Of a stretch of 64,000 nt of DNA, positions 48,943 through 62,000 are shown piece by piece. The first letter of the stretch is position 1, and the number at the start of each line of letters is the position of its first letter. Made by a program: the position numbers and the translations under genes. The notes under the pieces are model-generated. The model did no database searches. It saw nothing but the letters and a program-made list of their open reading frames with translations, and had not been told where the DNA came from. The DNA comes from Lingula anatina (lineage: Eukaryota; Animalia; Brachiopoda), in NCBI GenBank assembly GCA_051362555.1, contig CM120645.1, positions 558,001 to 622,000 of the forward strand, read 5' to 3'.

Positions 48943-51900
48943 CAGGGATCTCCCGAGGCTGCGTTTTTGCGCCATTGGCGCGCACAGATTTGTAATGACG
49001 CACTTTTTCAATAGCAGTGCGTCCCAAGGGCGCATAAAAAATAAATAACTTTAAAAAACGGAGTTTGTTTGTTCAACATATTTTAAACTTTTAAAATTGG
49101 GTATTTTTAAACCCACCAAAATTTTACTAAACTTGGAACAAGTGTCAGTTGGGAAAACCGAACTTAAAGTTCTAGTCTTACGTCTACTGCGTGCGTTCTC
49201 TGTGTGGAGAGTACCTTCTCTGTGTAGAGAGTACACCGGAAGTTCAGAGATGGCCGCGCCAAAAGTAAAGCAGCCGAAGCTTTCGTTTTTTTTGGCATAC
49301 GAGTAATGTACCAGATAGCGGACGTACTAGTGGTAAAGTACCAGATAGGGAGCCTCCACTAACTTCCGTTAAGAAGTTTCAGCAAAGTTGGCTGCAGAGA
49401 TTACCGTGGCTGCGCTTCGACAAGGAAAAGTCAACCACGTGGTGTGCACCATGCAAAAAGGCGGGCAAACGTAATACCATGGTCCGGGGGGTATCGTCAA
49501 ACCTTCGCACCAGTACGCTCACCCGCCACGTTGGAATGACCGACCATGTGTGTGCTATCCAGGTAACTTAAATAAATTTATTCTGATTCAAAGTCAATTA
49601 AAAAACGAGTGATTTTCACCTAAAAGTGTTTCCACGTGTGCAGCCTACTTAGAGATGTATGCACTCGTACAGGGAGTTGAAATTATTTTGAGTTTCTTGT
49701 GCATTTGGCCTTGAGCAAGGTACTACGTTTTTGGTGGGATAAGCAGTCAATTAACACTATAATTATGTCTTCCATTTCTATTTGTGTTGTTTTGAATACA
49801 ATTTGGCAGTTTATTGCCAAGTTAATGTACCGTATGATGTAGAAATCATTATGCAAAGTTATAGGATTGCATTTTAGTCATTTTAGTTTGAGCAGTGATT
49901 GGGAAGGTTCAAACCACCCATGGGACAATGGCCCCTCCTGGGTCACCCTTAATGGGCCATTTTGCATATCAATGGGCCATTGCTTGACATTTATGGGCCA
50001 TTTTTAAACATGACAAATATATTTGAAATATCTGTATCAATATTTTTGGGAATAATATGATAAGGTTTTGCAGTTAAACTTTGTTAATATATTTATTTAG
50101 TTAAGACTTTTATTTGTCTTTTTCAATAAAACCATTACAATGCCTTCTTTACTGAACTTATTTGAAGACTAAATGAAAAACAAAATGATCAGAAAACATG
50201 TAATACTCATTAGTAATTGGTTTTTATTTGATGAAATCATCAACAAGAGGTAAACAATCTAGATCTCTGAAAACCTTGATTACTCAAAACTGAGAAAATG
50301 TAAATGAAATTGTCTTCACATACTGTCTAGTACTTATTAATCAGTCTTACTGAAAAGAGATTTCATTACTTAATGAAGTAATCTCTTTTTCCTGTGCCAC
50401 ACATTCAGTGCATCCTCATAACTTATCTTACTCCCAAGAATCTTAACTCTTACACTGTTCGCAGTCGTACTGGAGCCAGGGCCATAGTTGAAGCCATCGG
50501 GGTTGGAAACCTCGTGCGACCTGAGAGTGAGAGGTGCTAGCACTAGCAGTAACACTACTGTCAGTGTCACTACTACTCGTCGTAGTGCAAGGAGCGCTGC
50601 TCTCAGAAGTTGGTACATTTTCTTCCCCCGTCTCCTTTGAGACTTCTACCTGAACGTTGGACGGACCCTTAGACGAAGCGGTTGAAGTAAATAAGCTAAC
50701 TAATGTAGGCTGGTCTGGCGAGATTTTAAAAAATCTTTTTCGGCGGCATTTTTCTTTTCACTTCACCAAAGTGCTGCTTGAAAAAATCCCATGTGCTTTC
50801 AGAACGAAAAGCAAGGTTACTTCTAATTGGATAAACATGACCTATAAACTGATTGGCCAATAAGATATCAGCTTTTATTTCATTAGCATATCTATTGGGA
50901 CGATGTGCTTATTGCTCTCGGCAAACTTCGGCGATTGCGTTCGGTAGCTTCCGAATTCGTTCCTGAGACGTCTTCAGGTATGAGAGGAAAATTACGCTAA
51001 TCAGTTGACGAATAGTTTATTGACGAGTAGACTCTTTTTAAAAACGCGAGGCATAACAAAATCACGCGCCCCCATGGCGCACAAACAGGGCTTTTTATGC
51101 GCCCAGTTACAATTCTATGCGCATATGGCGCAATGGCGCGTTCGTTCCCAATCACTGTTTCAGCATCACTGATTGTTATTATGGACAAAATGATTAGTGA
51201 ATTTTTAAGTGTCTAAATATATATATTATGTAATTAATAAAGCAGTAGGCAGCATTACTGAATTGCAATGCTTATTTTAACAGGTACCAAAGGAACAGGT
51301 GTACATGAACACAGCAACTACCAAAGCCCTGAATGCGCAAGAGGCCATCATGACAGCGATGAAAGCAGTGTTTTGGATGGCCAAGGAGTGTATTCCACTT
51401 TCTAAGTACAGTTCTTCAATGAACTTTCTCCAAGCAGTAGAATTTCCAGATATAGGTCAGCTGAAGTGCTGCAGTGCAGTCTCATACTGCTGCAGTTACA
51501 ATACTGCAACTGACATACTTGATGTTTTATCTTGTTTAATTGATGAGAACATTTCACTACAGATTCACCAGTCATTGCTGTCTTATGTGATGAAAGTGTA
51601 GATATTTTAGTTCACCATAAATTGGTAATCCACTAACTTTAGCCCCCAAAACCTTTTTTTTTTTAAAGACTTGTATATTTCTGATGGAACTGGAAAGTTG
51701 ATATTTACAGATATAAAGATACACTTGGCATCCAGGAGAGTAAATCAGAATATAATTTTCTATTAAAAGTTATTTTATGAACACTGTTACACACATGCAT
51801 AAGTGGATGTTGCTAAAATGTTGCCATGGGCTTTGTTATATTACACTAAAAAAAGAATAAAAAAAATTAAAAACCAGTTTATTTTTGTTTAGGTGTTTTA

Positions 51901-52165
51901 TTCTGATTATTTATATGCTGAGAATACTTCTCAGATTTCATCTAAAAAAACAAGAATAATCTTTAATATTAATTATAATATAAATTGTAAATGCAATTAA
52001 TAAGCGTCACAATTAAATTATACTGACTATTAGTGACATTATAAATAGACTTGTGGCCCAAGCATCCATTGAATGACTGGGCACAATGTTTCGCAAAATG
52101 GCACACTTTTCAATCTTGAGTGTGCCCAAATGGCACACTTGACCTTCAACCTTGGGAGATCCCTG
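48943..52165 (+). mobile_element. Second hAT element (deleted, decayed transposase) nested in the pogo-like element
   Basis: TIRs CAGGGATCTCCC / GGGAGATCCCTG with a 6-bp TSD ACGAGG (48937-48942, 52166-52171). ZnF_TTF-like remnant KKFQQSWLQRLPWLRFD..WCAPC..LTRH....H at about 49370-49562; AVFWMAKECIPLSKY exon at about 51284-51600. Confidence 0.85.
50338..51175. mobile_element. 838-bp TIR element nested in the intron of the second hAT
   Basis: TAATCAGTCTTACTGAAA / TTTCAGCATCACTGATTG with TTAT on both sides; superfamily uncertain. Confidence 0.5.
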
Positions 52166-54276
52166 ACGAGGTAAAAAAATTGGCCACATACTCTTGTAAA
52201 GTGACCGTAGCCTACAATGCTAAGGAAGTGTTGGACGTTAAAAAGTTTTACTTAAGCAGTGAGTCGAAATAAACGATTTTTGCACCTAAAAGTAATTTTG
52301 TTTAAGAGATTTAAAAATCTATTTTCATAGGCTTTTGATCAAATATAATATATGTATAGGGCATCAAACTGAAGCTCATTGTTTCAAGTTTCACAGAGAT
52401 GTATCATCGTTGCTCATTCTAGCACCATAAATGGCTGCCATCCTTTAAGATAAAAAGTGTGCACCCAGGGCTAGTTGGCCCCCTTGACTCGAGGCAAGTT
52501 GGACCATCATATTACCCACAAACCTTTGCGCGCAACAGAGCTAGAGACCATTGTTAAAACAAACTCGATGGTTTAAAACTGAACATCCCCAGAAATGCAC
52601 TGCATGACGTCACGCTTAGCCCACTGCGCATGCGTGCACTTTTAATGAGTTGCTAGATTGCCATAGGAAAATGAATGGGTTCGCGATTCGTGGGTAATTC
52701 GTGATAATTGACTAACTATGGCCTGATGCTTATAGATATCAACGCTGTGCTATGCTTCAAGCAACTCCTGACCAAATATTGTTAGGGTTTTTAAAAAAAT
52801 TCTGTTGTACACACGTACTAAGAAGTTTGCCGTGTATTGCCTAGCCTACCCTCAGCAAAATGCACATATTTTCAGAAATAGTGATTTTAGACGGTAGATT
52901 CACTCAGAAACAAAGGCAAACTAATTCGTTGCCGATAGCACCAGCAGATACCAGCACCATACAGAGTCTGATTAAAAACTTTCATGGCAATTGTAGAAAT
53001 TTTACCACTGTACAATGGAGTCCAAAAAAGCACTTGGCACAAATGTGAAACTGCCCTGTGCAAGGTCATGAATTCAATCAGTATTTTCAATCACATTATC
53101 AGATTCTACATAAATTGACTGACAATATCACTACTCAGTATTTAACTAATCTCTTAATCCAAAATTCCTATCATCATTTAATAATAATGCAAAATTCTTC
53201 TTTAAGATTGCTATTTATTTTAAATTTTAATGCTGCAACTGTTCCAAAATAATCTTGTAGTAAAGAAAAAATGCAAATAAGAAGTGGAAGACCAATTTTA
53301 CCCACATTATTCAATTATTTGAATATAAAAAGAATTAGATCACGATTTAACAAATTAAAATAATCTTTCATGAACTCTTTCATGAATAACATATTGAACA
53401 ATATTAAAGTTATAAATTACAGGTAATGGCTTATTCTGGAACATATGACCTCTGCACATCATCAGTACCTGACTTGGTACAGTATAGTTACTACTTGGAT
53501 ACAGAGTTAGATTTAATAATGTAACAATAGGAACAATATATATTACAATAAACTTCTCTGCACATGTCAGACGCTTGTTACCATGAACTAACACTACTTG
53601 ACAACGGGCTGAGCACTTATCACAGAGTCTGTGTGCGATGCAATTGTTGTGCTGTGATTGGCTAGTTGAGTCACATGAAGCCCTACTGTAGCGCCCTCGC
53701 GTATCGCGTGAATGCTGCACATTTCTGGCCATGATTTGTTACTTTCTTTTAAAACGAAAATTTATTATTCGTTTTCATTCATTAAAAACCTGCTTTATAC
53801 CATTATTAATTTATTCTTTATTAAAGCAAAACAAATTCTATTGATAGATATTTTGGTTCTTGCAACACATAGACCCCCCCCCCTACAACGTGACGTACGG
53901 AAACCTCAATAAATCTGCCTCATTTGAACTATTTATTCATCAAAGACTCTCAAAAATCAATTTAATAAATTAAAAATGTATAAAAATGTTATTCAAGGCG
54001 TTTACATGGTAAATTTACTTCATTTTTGTATAGGGGGCCAACTTGCCCCAACCCTGGGGCCAACTTGCCCCGTGGCGGGGCAAGTTAGCCCCCCTGACGT
54101 CAACTGCGTTTTTTGTAAAATTGTGAGCCATCTGGGAAAAATAATGACGTTGCATACGTAGCTTAGTTCATGGGGCTTACTTTGAAACCGGTTTTGTTAC
54201 TGTAACTCATTCCTTGTTGGCTCTACAAGGCCAAAAGTGTCTAACTAGCCCCGGTCTCCCCTACCTGCACGTATAC

Positions 54277-54326
<50 letters not shown>

Positions 54327-54829
54327 GGGGGGCGTCCTATTTTTTTTTTTTTTTAAATATCAATGCTGTAACTTCCAGGTGTAGATATGAATTGATATAA
54401 AAACATTTTTGTTTAGTTTCAAATAGTTGTATTTTTCCCAAAGAAGCATCAAAAGCCTCAATGAAACAATTCATTAGTCTGTATGATACATATTTCATCT
54501 GAGGCAATACTTAGTTATTGACTGACTTATCTGATAAAAACATTTTTATTTAAGTTTAGGTAGATAATTAAAAAAGTATTCAGGCATGGATAGGTTTACA
54601 CATAAAAAACATTCATATAACTGACAAATCATTTTCTTTTTTTGTTGTTTAATTGGTAGTCTTTTCTATTTGGATGGTCCTTGCAAAAATTTTCACGTAG
54701 ATCTAGGATATCTGAAATGACCTTTTTTTCTGTTTAGTGTCTTTTCAACACCTAAAGAGTTGAACCTCTCCTATAAAAAACATTTCCTGTGGGCTCCTAT
54801 AAAATTTCCATTCACAAATACAAGTATAG

Positions 54830-55004
54830 CAGGCCTGTAGCCAGCAATTTCAGAGGGGGGGGGGGGTCGTTTTCTGAAAAAGTGGACCTTTAACCATAAA
54901 ATCCTCAAGTAAATAGATCAAATTTTACCCAGAGTGGACCTTTTCCCAGCAAAAAGGGTGGTTCTTTTGAACCCCCCGAACCCCCCTGGGTATATATGGG
55001 CCTG
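54830..55004. mobile_element. Short hAT-like MITE
   Basis: CAGGCCTGTAGCCAG ... CTGGGTATATATGGGCCTG. It is absent from the paralogous region at about 32240-32260. Confidence 0.6.
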
Positions 55005-55447
55005 TATATAGGAAGCCAAGATCCTGTGGGAAATCATCAATTGAAAAGGGATTCCTGATTTTACCTAGTTAATACAACCCATGTAAAATGTATGAAAGAA
55101 GTAGTTCTTGCCTTTTAATATTATCAAAGTTTTATCTTAAATATTTTTAGAATTTACAAATGTTCCTCCTTTAATTCCTATGGAATATTTTTTTATTATT
55201 ATTAGATTGGCTGATTTTCTTTCTGATACATACTGTCTTAACACTGGGACAGGAAGAGTTCTTAGAAAAAAAATGTCAAGAAATCATTCTGTTATCAAAT
55301 CTTTATTATTATTTATTATTAGGCTACCAGGCAAATACAATTTGAAAATTTCAACAATATGACCCAAACTGTACTCAATGTAAAGTACTAAGCTTAAGTT
55401 TGATATAGCCATGTTTGTTTTAAGGTGTATATTATTTCATATTTCAG

Positions 55448-55538
55448 GTACCCAAGACCTCCAGCAGCAGAAATGTTGTTAATAGCTGGTGTCTGACTTC
55501 ACCTATCTTAATAGATATCCAGAACTAACAGACTGAAG
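55448..55538 (+). other. Non-coding 5' UTR exon of Roco paralog 3
   Basis: TTTCAG|GTACC...GACTGAAG|GTATG, conserved with 32706-32796. The next acceptor is at 56260/56261. Confidence 0.65.
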
Positions 55539-56391
55539 GTATGTCATCATGTATGAACTGATATATTGCCTAATTAAATTTTATTTTATGTAACCTTTAA
55601 TATTAAATACATTTAATTTGCTCTAAGTACAATTTTTATGTTAACCACCCCAAATCCTGATCATAAACTTTTGTGATGCAAATGAATATATTATAATTTA
55701 TAACATTAATTTGAGAAATTTTAAAAGAAAGTCATTAATGAACGCTATCCATCCAGCTTTTCATCAGTCTTTTCCTTATTATTTTTTTCAGATAACTCAT
55801 ATTTTGTCCAAATGCACATTTAATCCACATAAGGTAATAGAGTTACTGCCTACTCAACAAAAATTGTATATCAAGTTAAAATGCTTGAAATACATGATTT
55901 ACCAGAGTACTTATAAATGTAAACATGCCTTTTGTCAAGTGAAACCACATGGAAATAATTTTATTGTGGAATTTTTTGCCACAAAATACCATATATAATT
56001 ATGTTGTGCATAGCTGATTAATTCAAACAAAAGAAGTGCATGTCACACTTTTTGTATCATATTATATTTTATTTCTTTCACACAAAGACAACAAAACAGT
56101 AGACCTATGACTTAGTTATGTATTTTAAGATAAGGTACCTGTCATCAGAGGGAAGTAGAGATAAAATGTTTTATTTTGTCAACAAAACCCCAATACTGTG
56201 CATGACTCATTTTTAACAAAATTAAAATTTTGCTACCAATTTATCTTTTTTCAATTTCAGACAAAGAAAAGACAATAAAAGACATGTATGCACAGTAATG
56301 GAGGAAGTCAAAGAACATTTAGCACATTTTCCAAGTGACCATATATAACATAAAGCAGTGACATTTCTTCCTACTGCTCTATTCTTGAAAC

Positions 56392-59017
56392 ATGTCTTAC
56401 AGACAAGTAACAGCAGGTAGAGAGAGACTTGATCTCTTACATGTGCTACAGTTGTCTCCACAGTCCAAGACACCAGACACTGTGCTGGAGTGGACTAAGC
56501 TTCATATAAGCCATGCTGGTATAGACAACCTACCAGATTCCATTGACAGGTGTAAAAATGTTAAGGAGTTGAATGCAGCAAGCAACAGGTTAGATTCTTT
56601 ACCACAGTCCATATCCAAACTGCCACATCTCACAGTGTTGGACCTATCCCACAATACCTTCACTACATTCCCCATAGCACTGTGTGGCTTGACTAACCTA
56701 GAGGTGCTGCACCTGGATAACAACCAGCTATCTGACATACCAGTGGATATCACCAAGATGAAGGGGCTTAGGATATTCTGGCTTCATAACAATGCCTTCA
56801 CTACAATCCCCATAGCACTGTGTGACTTGACTAACCTAGAGGAGCTGTACCTGGATAACAACCAGCTATCTGACATATCAGTGGATATCACCAGGATGAA
56901 GGGACTTGGAATATTCTACCTCAATAACAATGCCTTCACTACATTCCCCATAGCACTGTGTGACTTGACTAACCTAGAGTTGCTAGACCTGGGTTCCAAC
57001 CAGCTATCTGACATACCAGTGGATATCACCAGGTTAACTAAACTTATGAGTCTTAGCCTGGGTTACAATAACATCACCCACCTGCCACCTCAGATGAGGA
57101 ATATGGAAAGTCTAACAGACATAGATGTGCAAGGTAATCCTCTGGTACAACCACCTATACATACTGCCGACAGGGGACTAGATGCTGTTAAGAGGTACTT
57201 TGAGGCATTAGCTGACACCAAGGCAATTCAGTCAAGTAGAGTACAGATCAACTTTCTTGGTGAAACAGAAGCAGGAAAAACTAGCATTTCACGTACATTA
57301 CAACTTGGACAGTCAACCCTCACAACGAAGGCAGACAGGACAAGAGTGGTGGAGCAGGGAACATGGGAGTCTGACCAAGACATTGCCTTCAATATCAATG
57401 ACTTTGGTGGACATGATGTCTATAAAATAGGTCATCCCATTTTTATCTCCACCAGGGGCTTGGTTTTTATCACTTTCAATCTGTCTAAATATGATCCAGA
57501 AAAGGAGGGTCATTATCAGCTGCACATTGGAGCCTGGATTGACAAGGTGCAAGCACAGATGCCAGGGATACAAATAGCTCTACTTGGAACTCACCTTGAT
57601 GAGGTTGCAACCCCACATGCAGTAACAAAATGCTCCTCAATAACCAGGCAGCTTGAAGACCATGCAAGTGAAAAAAAAAAGTGGTATCAAGCACAAAAGG
57701 AGACGTGTGAGAACAAAATAAAAGAAATACCTGAAGCCCAAGCGTCTCTCCGCCAGGCCTACCAAAGCAAAGCAGCTCATTTGCAGACCTTGTATGGGCA
57801 GATAAAACCCATCTATGAGCATATTTTTACAGTGAGTTCAAAAACCCTTAAAGGAGGTCAGGAGTTGAGAGACTATCTGCTTTCTTTTGCCAGGACAAGT
57901 GCTGAAGTTTTGCCAGAGATGTGGGTGGAAGCAGCCAAGAATATCTGCACCAAGAAAATTGAAGGCCCTGAGAACACACTTGGCTGGGAGGTGATTGATG
58001 ACCTCATTCTGCAAAATGCACCAACATCATGGAAAGAGAAGCACACACAGGAAGAAAAAAAGAAAACAATTTGTGACATCTTAAGTTTCCTAGCTCACCG
58101 TGGAGACATAATATGGTTTGATAAAAGCCCTTCACTGATGAAAGTTGTTTTCCACAAGCAAGAGGTTATTGTGAATGTTCTCAAGGCAGTCCTCACACAT
58201 GATCAAGGTGAAGTATCACAAAAGCTTCAAAAGTCCATGAAGATTACAAGAAGGAAAACACCCAAAATAGAAGAAGACATCTTTAACAGAGGAATTGTTT
58301 CTAAACAAGCTATGAGCTGCCTATGTGAGCCTTTCAAATTGTCAACTACTGAAATTGATGTCATGACAGAAATGATGCTGAAACTGGAGCTGTGCTATCA
58401 AGTCCAGGAAGATGAATCCCTTCCATCCAATACCTCATTCCACTTTCCATGGCTCCTCACTGAAGAAAGGCAACCTGAGCTAGACACCAAATGGCCCAGC
58501 AAGGTTCCCCCAGACACCACACAACTTACCCTGCAGGTTCTCTTTCCATACAAATGTCCAGATGGCTTATATGAGAAATTTTCTGTTCGTCAGCATAAAC
58601 ATCTTGGACTCATGAAGACCATGCGAATGGACTGGAAGGATGGAGTGTATGCAGAACTTGAGGGATGCAAAATGCAGCTGACACGGGGGGAAAATCCTGA
58701 TCCAGTTAGCCAAGATCCAGACTGGGTTATCAGTATTGCTGTCCGTGGATCACATCTCTCAGACATGTGGCGTGTTCTCATGCGAGGTCACAGTGACCTC
58801 ATGGCCATCATTGAAGAGGATTGGCCTGGGGTGTCATATGACAAGTATCTTGTGTGTCCCCACTGTGTGAGTGAGGACAGTGAGCACTCAACTCTCTTCC
58901 CTGGAGAGATACTTGACCAAACCATTGCAACAACTTCCAAACCAAGACAGGTGCCATGTGTCAATACTGGTGTCTCCATTCCTGCAGACCTAGTCTACCC
59001 ACCTAGCTGGCAGGAAG
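56392..59017 (+). CDS. Roco paralog 3 main coding exon: LRRs, ROC GTPase and COR (MFHAS1/MASL1-like)
   Basis: About ten 23-aa LRRs; NPLVQPP cap; ROC motifs GETEAGKTS (G1), DFGG (G3), GTHLD (G4) and VSSK (G5); COR elements LPEMW, LSFLAHRGDIIWF and FHFPWLL; C-terminal CPHC...C; donor GAAG|GTAAGT at 59017/59018. Confidence 0.95.
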
Positions 59018-59029
59018 GTAAGTACACTA

Positions 59030-62000
59030 TAGCTAATAAGTCCCCGGTCACTTTAATAGCACACGCTGTCTACATCAGACGCGCTAATGCGCACATCCCC
59101 GACAGTGTTAATGATAGGGGGATTACGATGGACAGCGCATGTTGCTCACAGCAGTAGGCACTGCCGCCGAAGTTAAACCGGTAATTATGTCTTTAACTTG
59201 ACTAAACATGTTTTGCTTTGTAACTTGCGTCCTTCAGTCTTGCTGTTGCGGAAGCGCCGGCGGGACATATCTCCACCTTGCCGATATTTATCCCGACTCT
59301 CGACTTAAAAAGTATTATTGGTTTTGATTTTATCAAAGTCTTATTATATCAGAAAACCTGCATATTTTCAAACGTGAAGAGAATTATAGAAACTGTAGAA
59401 AAAGCTACTCGTACATCAGGGATAAAAAACAACACCTTGCAGCACTCTTACCTATTATTCATCACCAGAAGTTACTGTTTCACTTTTTTTCTCCCAAATT
59501 ACAAAGTCTGATGACAACTGAAAGCCTTTAGCCATACCTCAGGGCAGTGGGAGATAGTCTGGATTTGATTAAATGTAATAAAAGTATATTTTGAAGAATT
59601 TTCTTTGCCTTCGGCAATTTCCGCAAAGCTTCGGCATGCGCGGCAATACAGAGCTGTCAATATCTGACTGCGTGAACAATAGAATTGGTGGAACAACGGT
59701 TAACGTCGTTGAGTCGTCTGCAACCTACCCGACGTGAGTTCGTGTCCCTGTTGGTACTTTTGAAGATTTTGAAATTGTCATCATTATAAATATCTATTAA
59801 TATATAAAATAGTCGTGGCTAATTGTTTTTGCAACGGAAAGCACGGAAAGTAGGAAGGTTTGTTGTTATTGTTAAAGTTATTATTACTGGGGACATAAAT
59901 TAGTATGCTAATCTCTTATCATGGTATAATGATTGATACGATGGGTATCAAATAGTTTACCTTTGATATAAACAACAAAAGAGCGGCCTTCCAAATATCT
60001 TTGCTGAATGTTTATAACGTAGGTACTATTATGCGCAAAAATATTGATACATGACGCAAACGACATTTACTAATTTTGGTAATATCAATTTTAATTAAAA
60101 TTAAATTAAATTGAAATTAAAATTAAAATTTTCTAAACGTGCATATTACCTTTCACCTTGTTTAAAGGGTTCGCAACACTTTACATTCTAATACATTCTG
60201 CCAATTTTCATGTTTGCTAGTTTATTTTGATTTGAGAGAAAGCGAGAGAAGACCCTCTACTAGGGCCGCAAATTAATTATGAGTATTTTTATTCAGTGCA
60301 AGAGACTGTGTAATGAAAAATCAATCTGTAACTCTGGTATAGGGTGGCCTTGTGTGTGTAATAATATACAAGTAGGGGCAGGGGTACAGTTTTATAGTAC
60401 AAATAGTCATTTTATACATCTTATTGATCTCATCGTCGGGTCATTGTTTACAATAGCGCTTTGTCGCTGTGCGTACCTTTTTTGCATTTGAGTTAGACTC
60501 AGTCAGTAACAGCTGGTGATTCTGTCTTTTTTGCGTTTCATTGACAATATTTTGGCCACCTAAGTAGGGAAATGTGGCTCTTTGTTTTGAAATGACATTT
60601 CCATTGTTCCTTTGAACATGCAAAAGTCAACACACTTACGTCAACATACTTACTTTGTAATACCAACCCAGGGGAAGAAACAAAAGCCTCATAAGGTGTC
60701 GTCATTCACACTGTAAAAGGTGTTAATTTCATGCTTCTATTGTTTGCCCATGAATCATTATGACAAATTTGTAGGGTTGCCAGATCACTGGCGCTTCATT
60801 CAATTCTCTATATCTGCCCTGCAGCGTGGGATGAGTGATACTTGACTGACCTTTGTTTACATCTGGAGATTTTCTTTATAATTCCATCAGTGTGCATAAA
60901 TTATGATATTTTCCATCAGGAAAAATACGTGATAATGTTACGATTCTTATTTTACGGATACATAATTACAAAAATTAATTCCTGATTTAATACCCCCTAT
61001 TTCAGCGCCTATTCCTGGCTGCGTTAATTATGGGGGGTTGGAAAGTAATCCGTTAGAACGCAGGAGTGATGATTGCTACTCTTACCAACGGTGCATCACC
61101 GATCAACTAATCTCAGCCACCTGAAGCAGAATCACCAACAAAAGACAAATTGGACTACATCTGCCTTCTTGTTGAGACATCTCAGTAAAAAAGGCGATAA
61201 CGGTCAAAACATACGTGCTTCGTGGTTTATTAAATGTTCATCGTACTTTTTCGTTCATTATTCTTATGAGTTAAGCAGCTTCACCTCCGTGACACCCTTT
61301 TTATTTATTTAAACCATTGTTAGATAAACCATGGGTTTCACTCCAGATTTCACGATCGAGCAGCTGATCATGAGGAGAGTGTAGCATGCTATAGTAAACT
61401 ACCCCAAATATATATACAACACCTCCAGGGTTTCACGATAGAGCAAGTGATCATGAGGAGAGAGTGTAGCAGAGAACTTCATTAATGGTCGTCATAATTG
61501 GTGGTTGCCTTGGGAAAATGAGTTACATGATTACATAATACAGATACATAATAACATAAGATTAGGCCTAATACTAAAATTTTCCCTGATACAAAAACCC
61601 CTATTTGAGCGCTTATTCCTGACTGCGTTAATTACGGGTGATTAGAAAGGAATCTATGAGGACGCAGGAGCGATGATTGCTACTCTTACCAACGGTAAAT
61701 CACCGATTTACTTGACTCCGCTACTTCGAGCAAAATCACCACCAAAAGACAAATTAGACCATGTTCGTCCTCTTATTAAAACAAAGAATGTAAAAATGTG
61801 ATGAAGAGGTCAAAGAAGAGGCCTAGACTACGTGCTTCATGGTTTATTAGATAGGCCTATTCATTGGATTTTTTTAGTTCATTATTATAGCTTCACCTCG
61901 CGAGACCCTTTTTTATATATTTAAAACACAGCACCCCACTGGTTTCGCGATCATGAAGAAAGGGAGTGTAACAAAGAACCTCATTAGGCTAATGGTCGTA

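Larger units (their letters stand above)
48871..54261. mobile_element. Tc1/mariner-pogo-like non-autonomous element (5.4 kb including nested inserts) upstream of Roco paralog 3
   Basis: TA|GGGGAGACCGGGGCTAATTGGAC ... GTCTAACTAGCCCCGGTCTCCCC|TA, with internal gggc(a/t)agttggccc subterminal repeats. Its flanks align with the uninterrupted paralog 2 upstream sequence at about 29505-29700. Confidence 0.85.

Noticed and set aside
59018-59157. The last 46 aa of the 921-aa ORF as the real C-terminus
   Set aside because: This is read-through past a consensus donor conserved in paralog 1, into inserted DNA; the in-phase CARD exon lies at 63595.
59505-59530. CTGATGA...GAAA hammerhead-like core
   Set aside because: The sequence between the two motifs (CAACT) cannot form stem II and I see no flanking helices.
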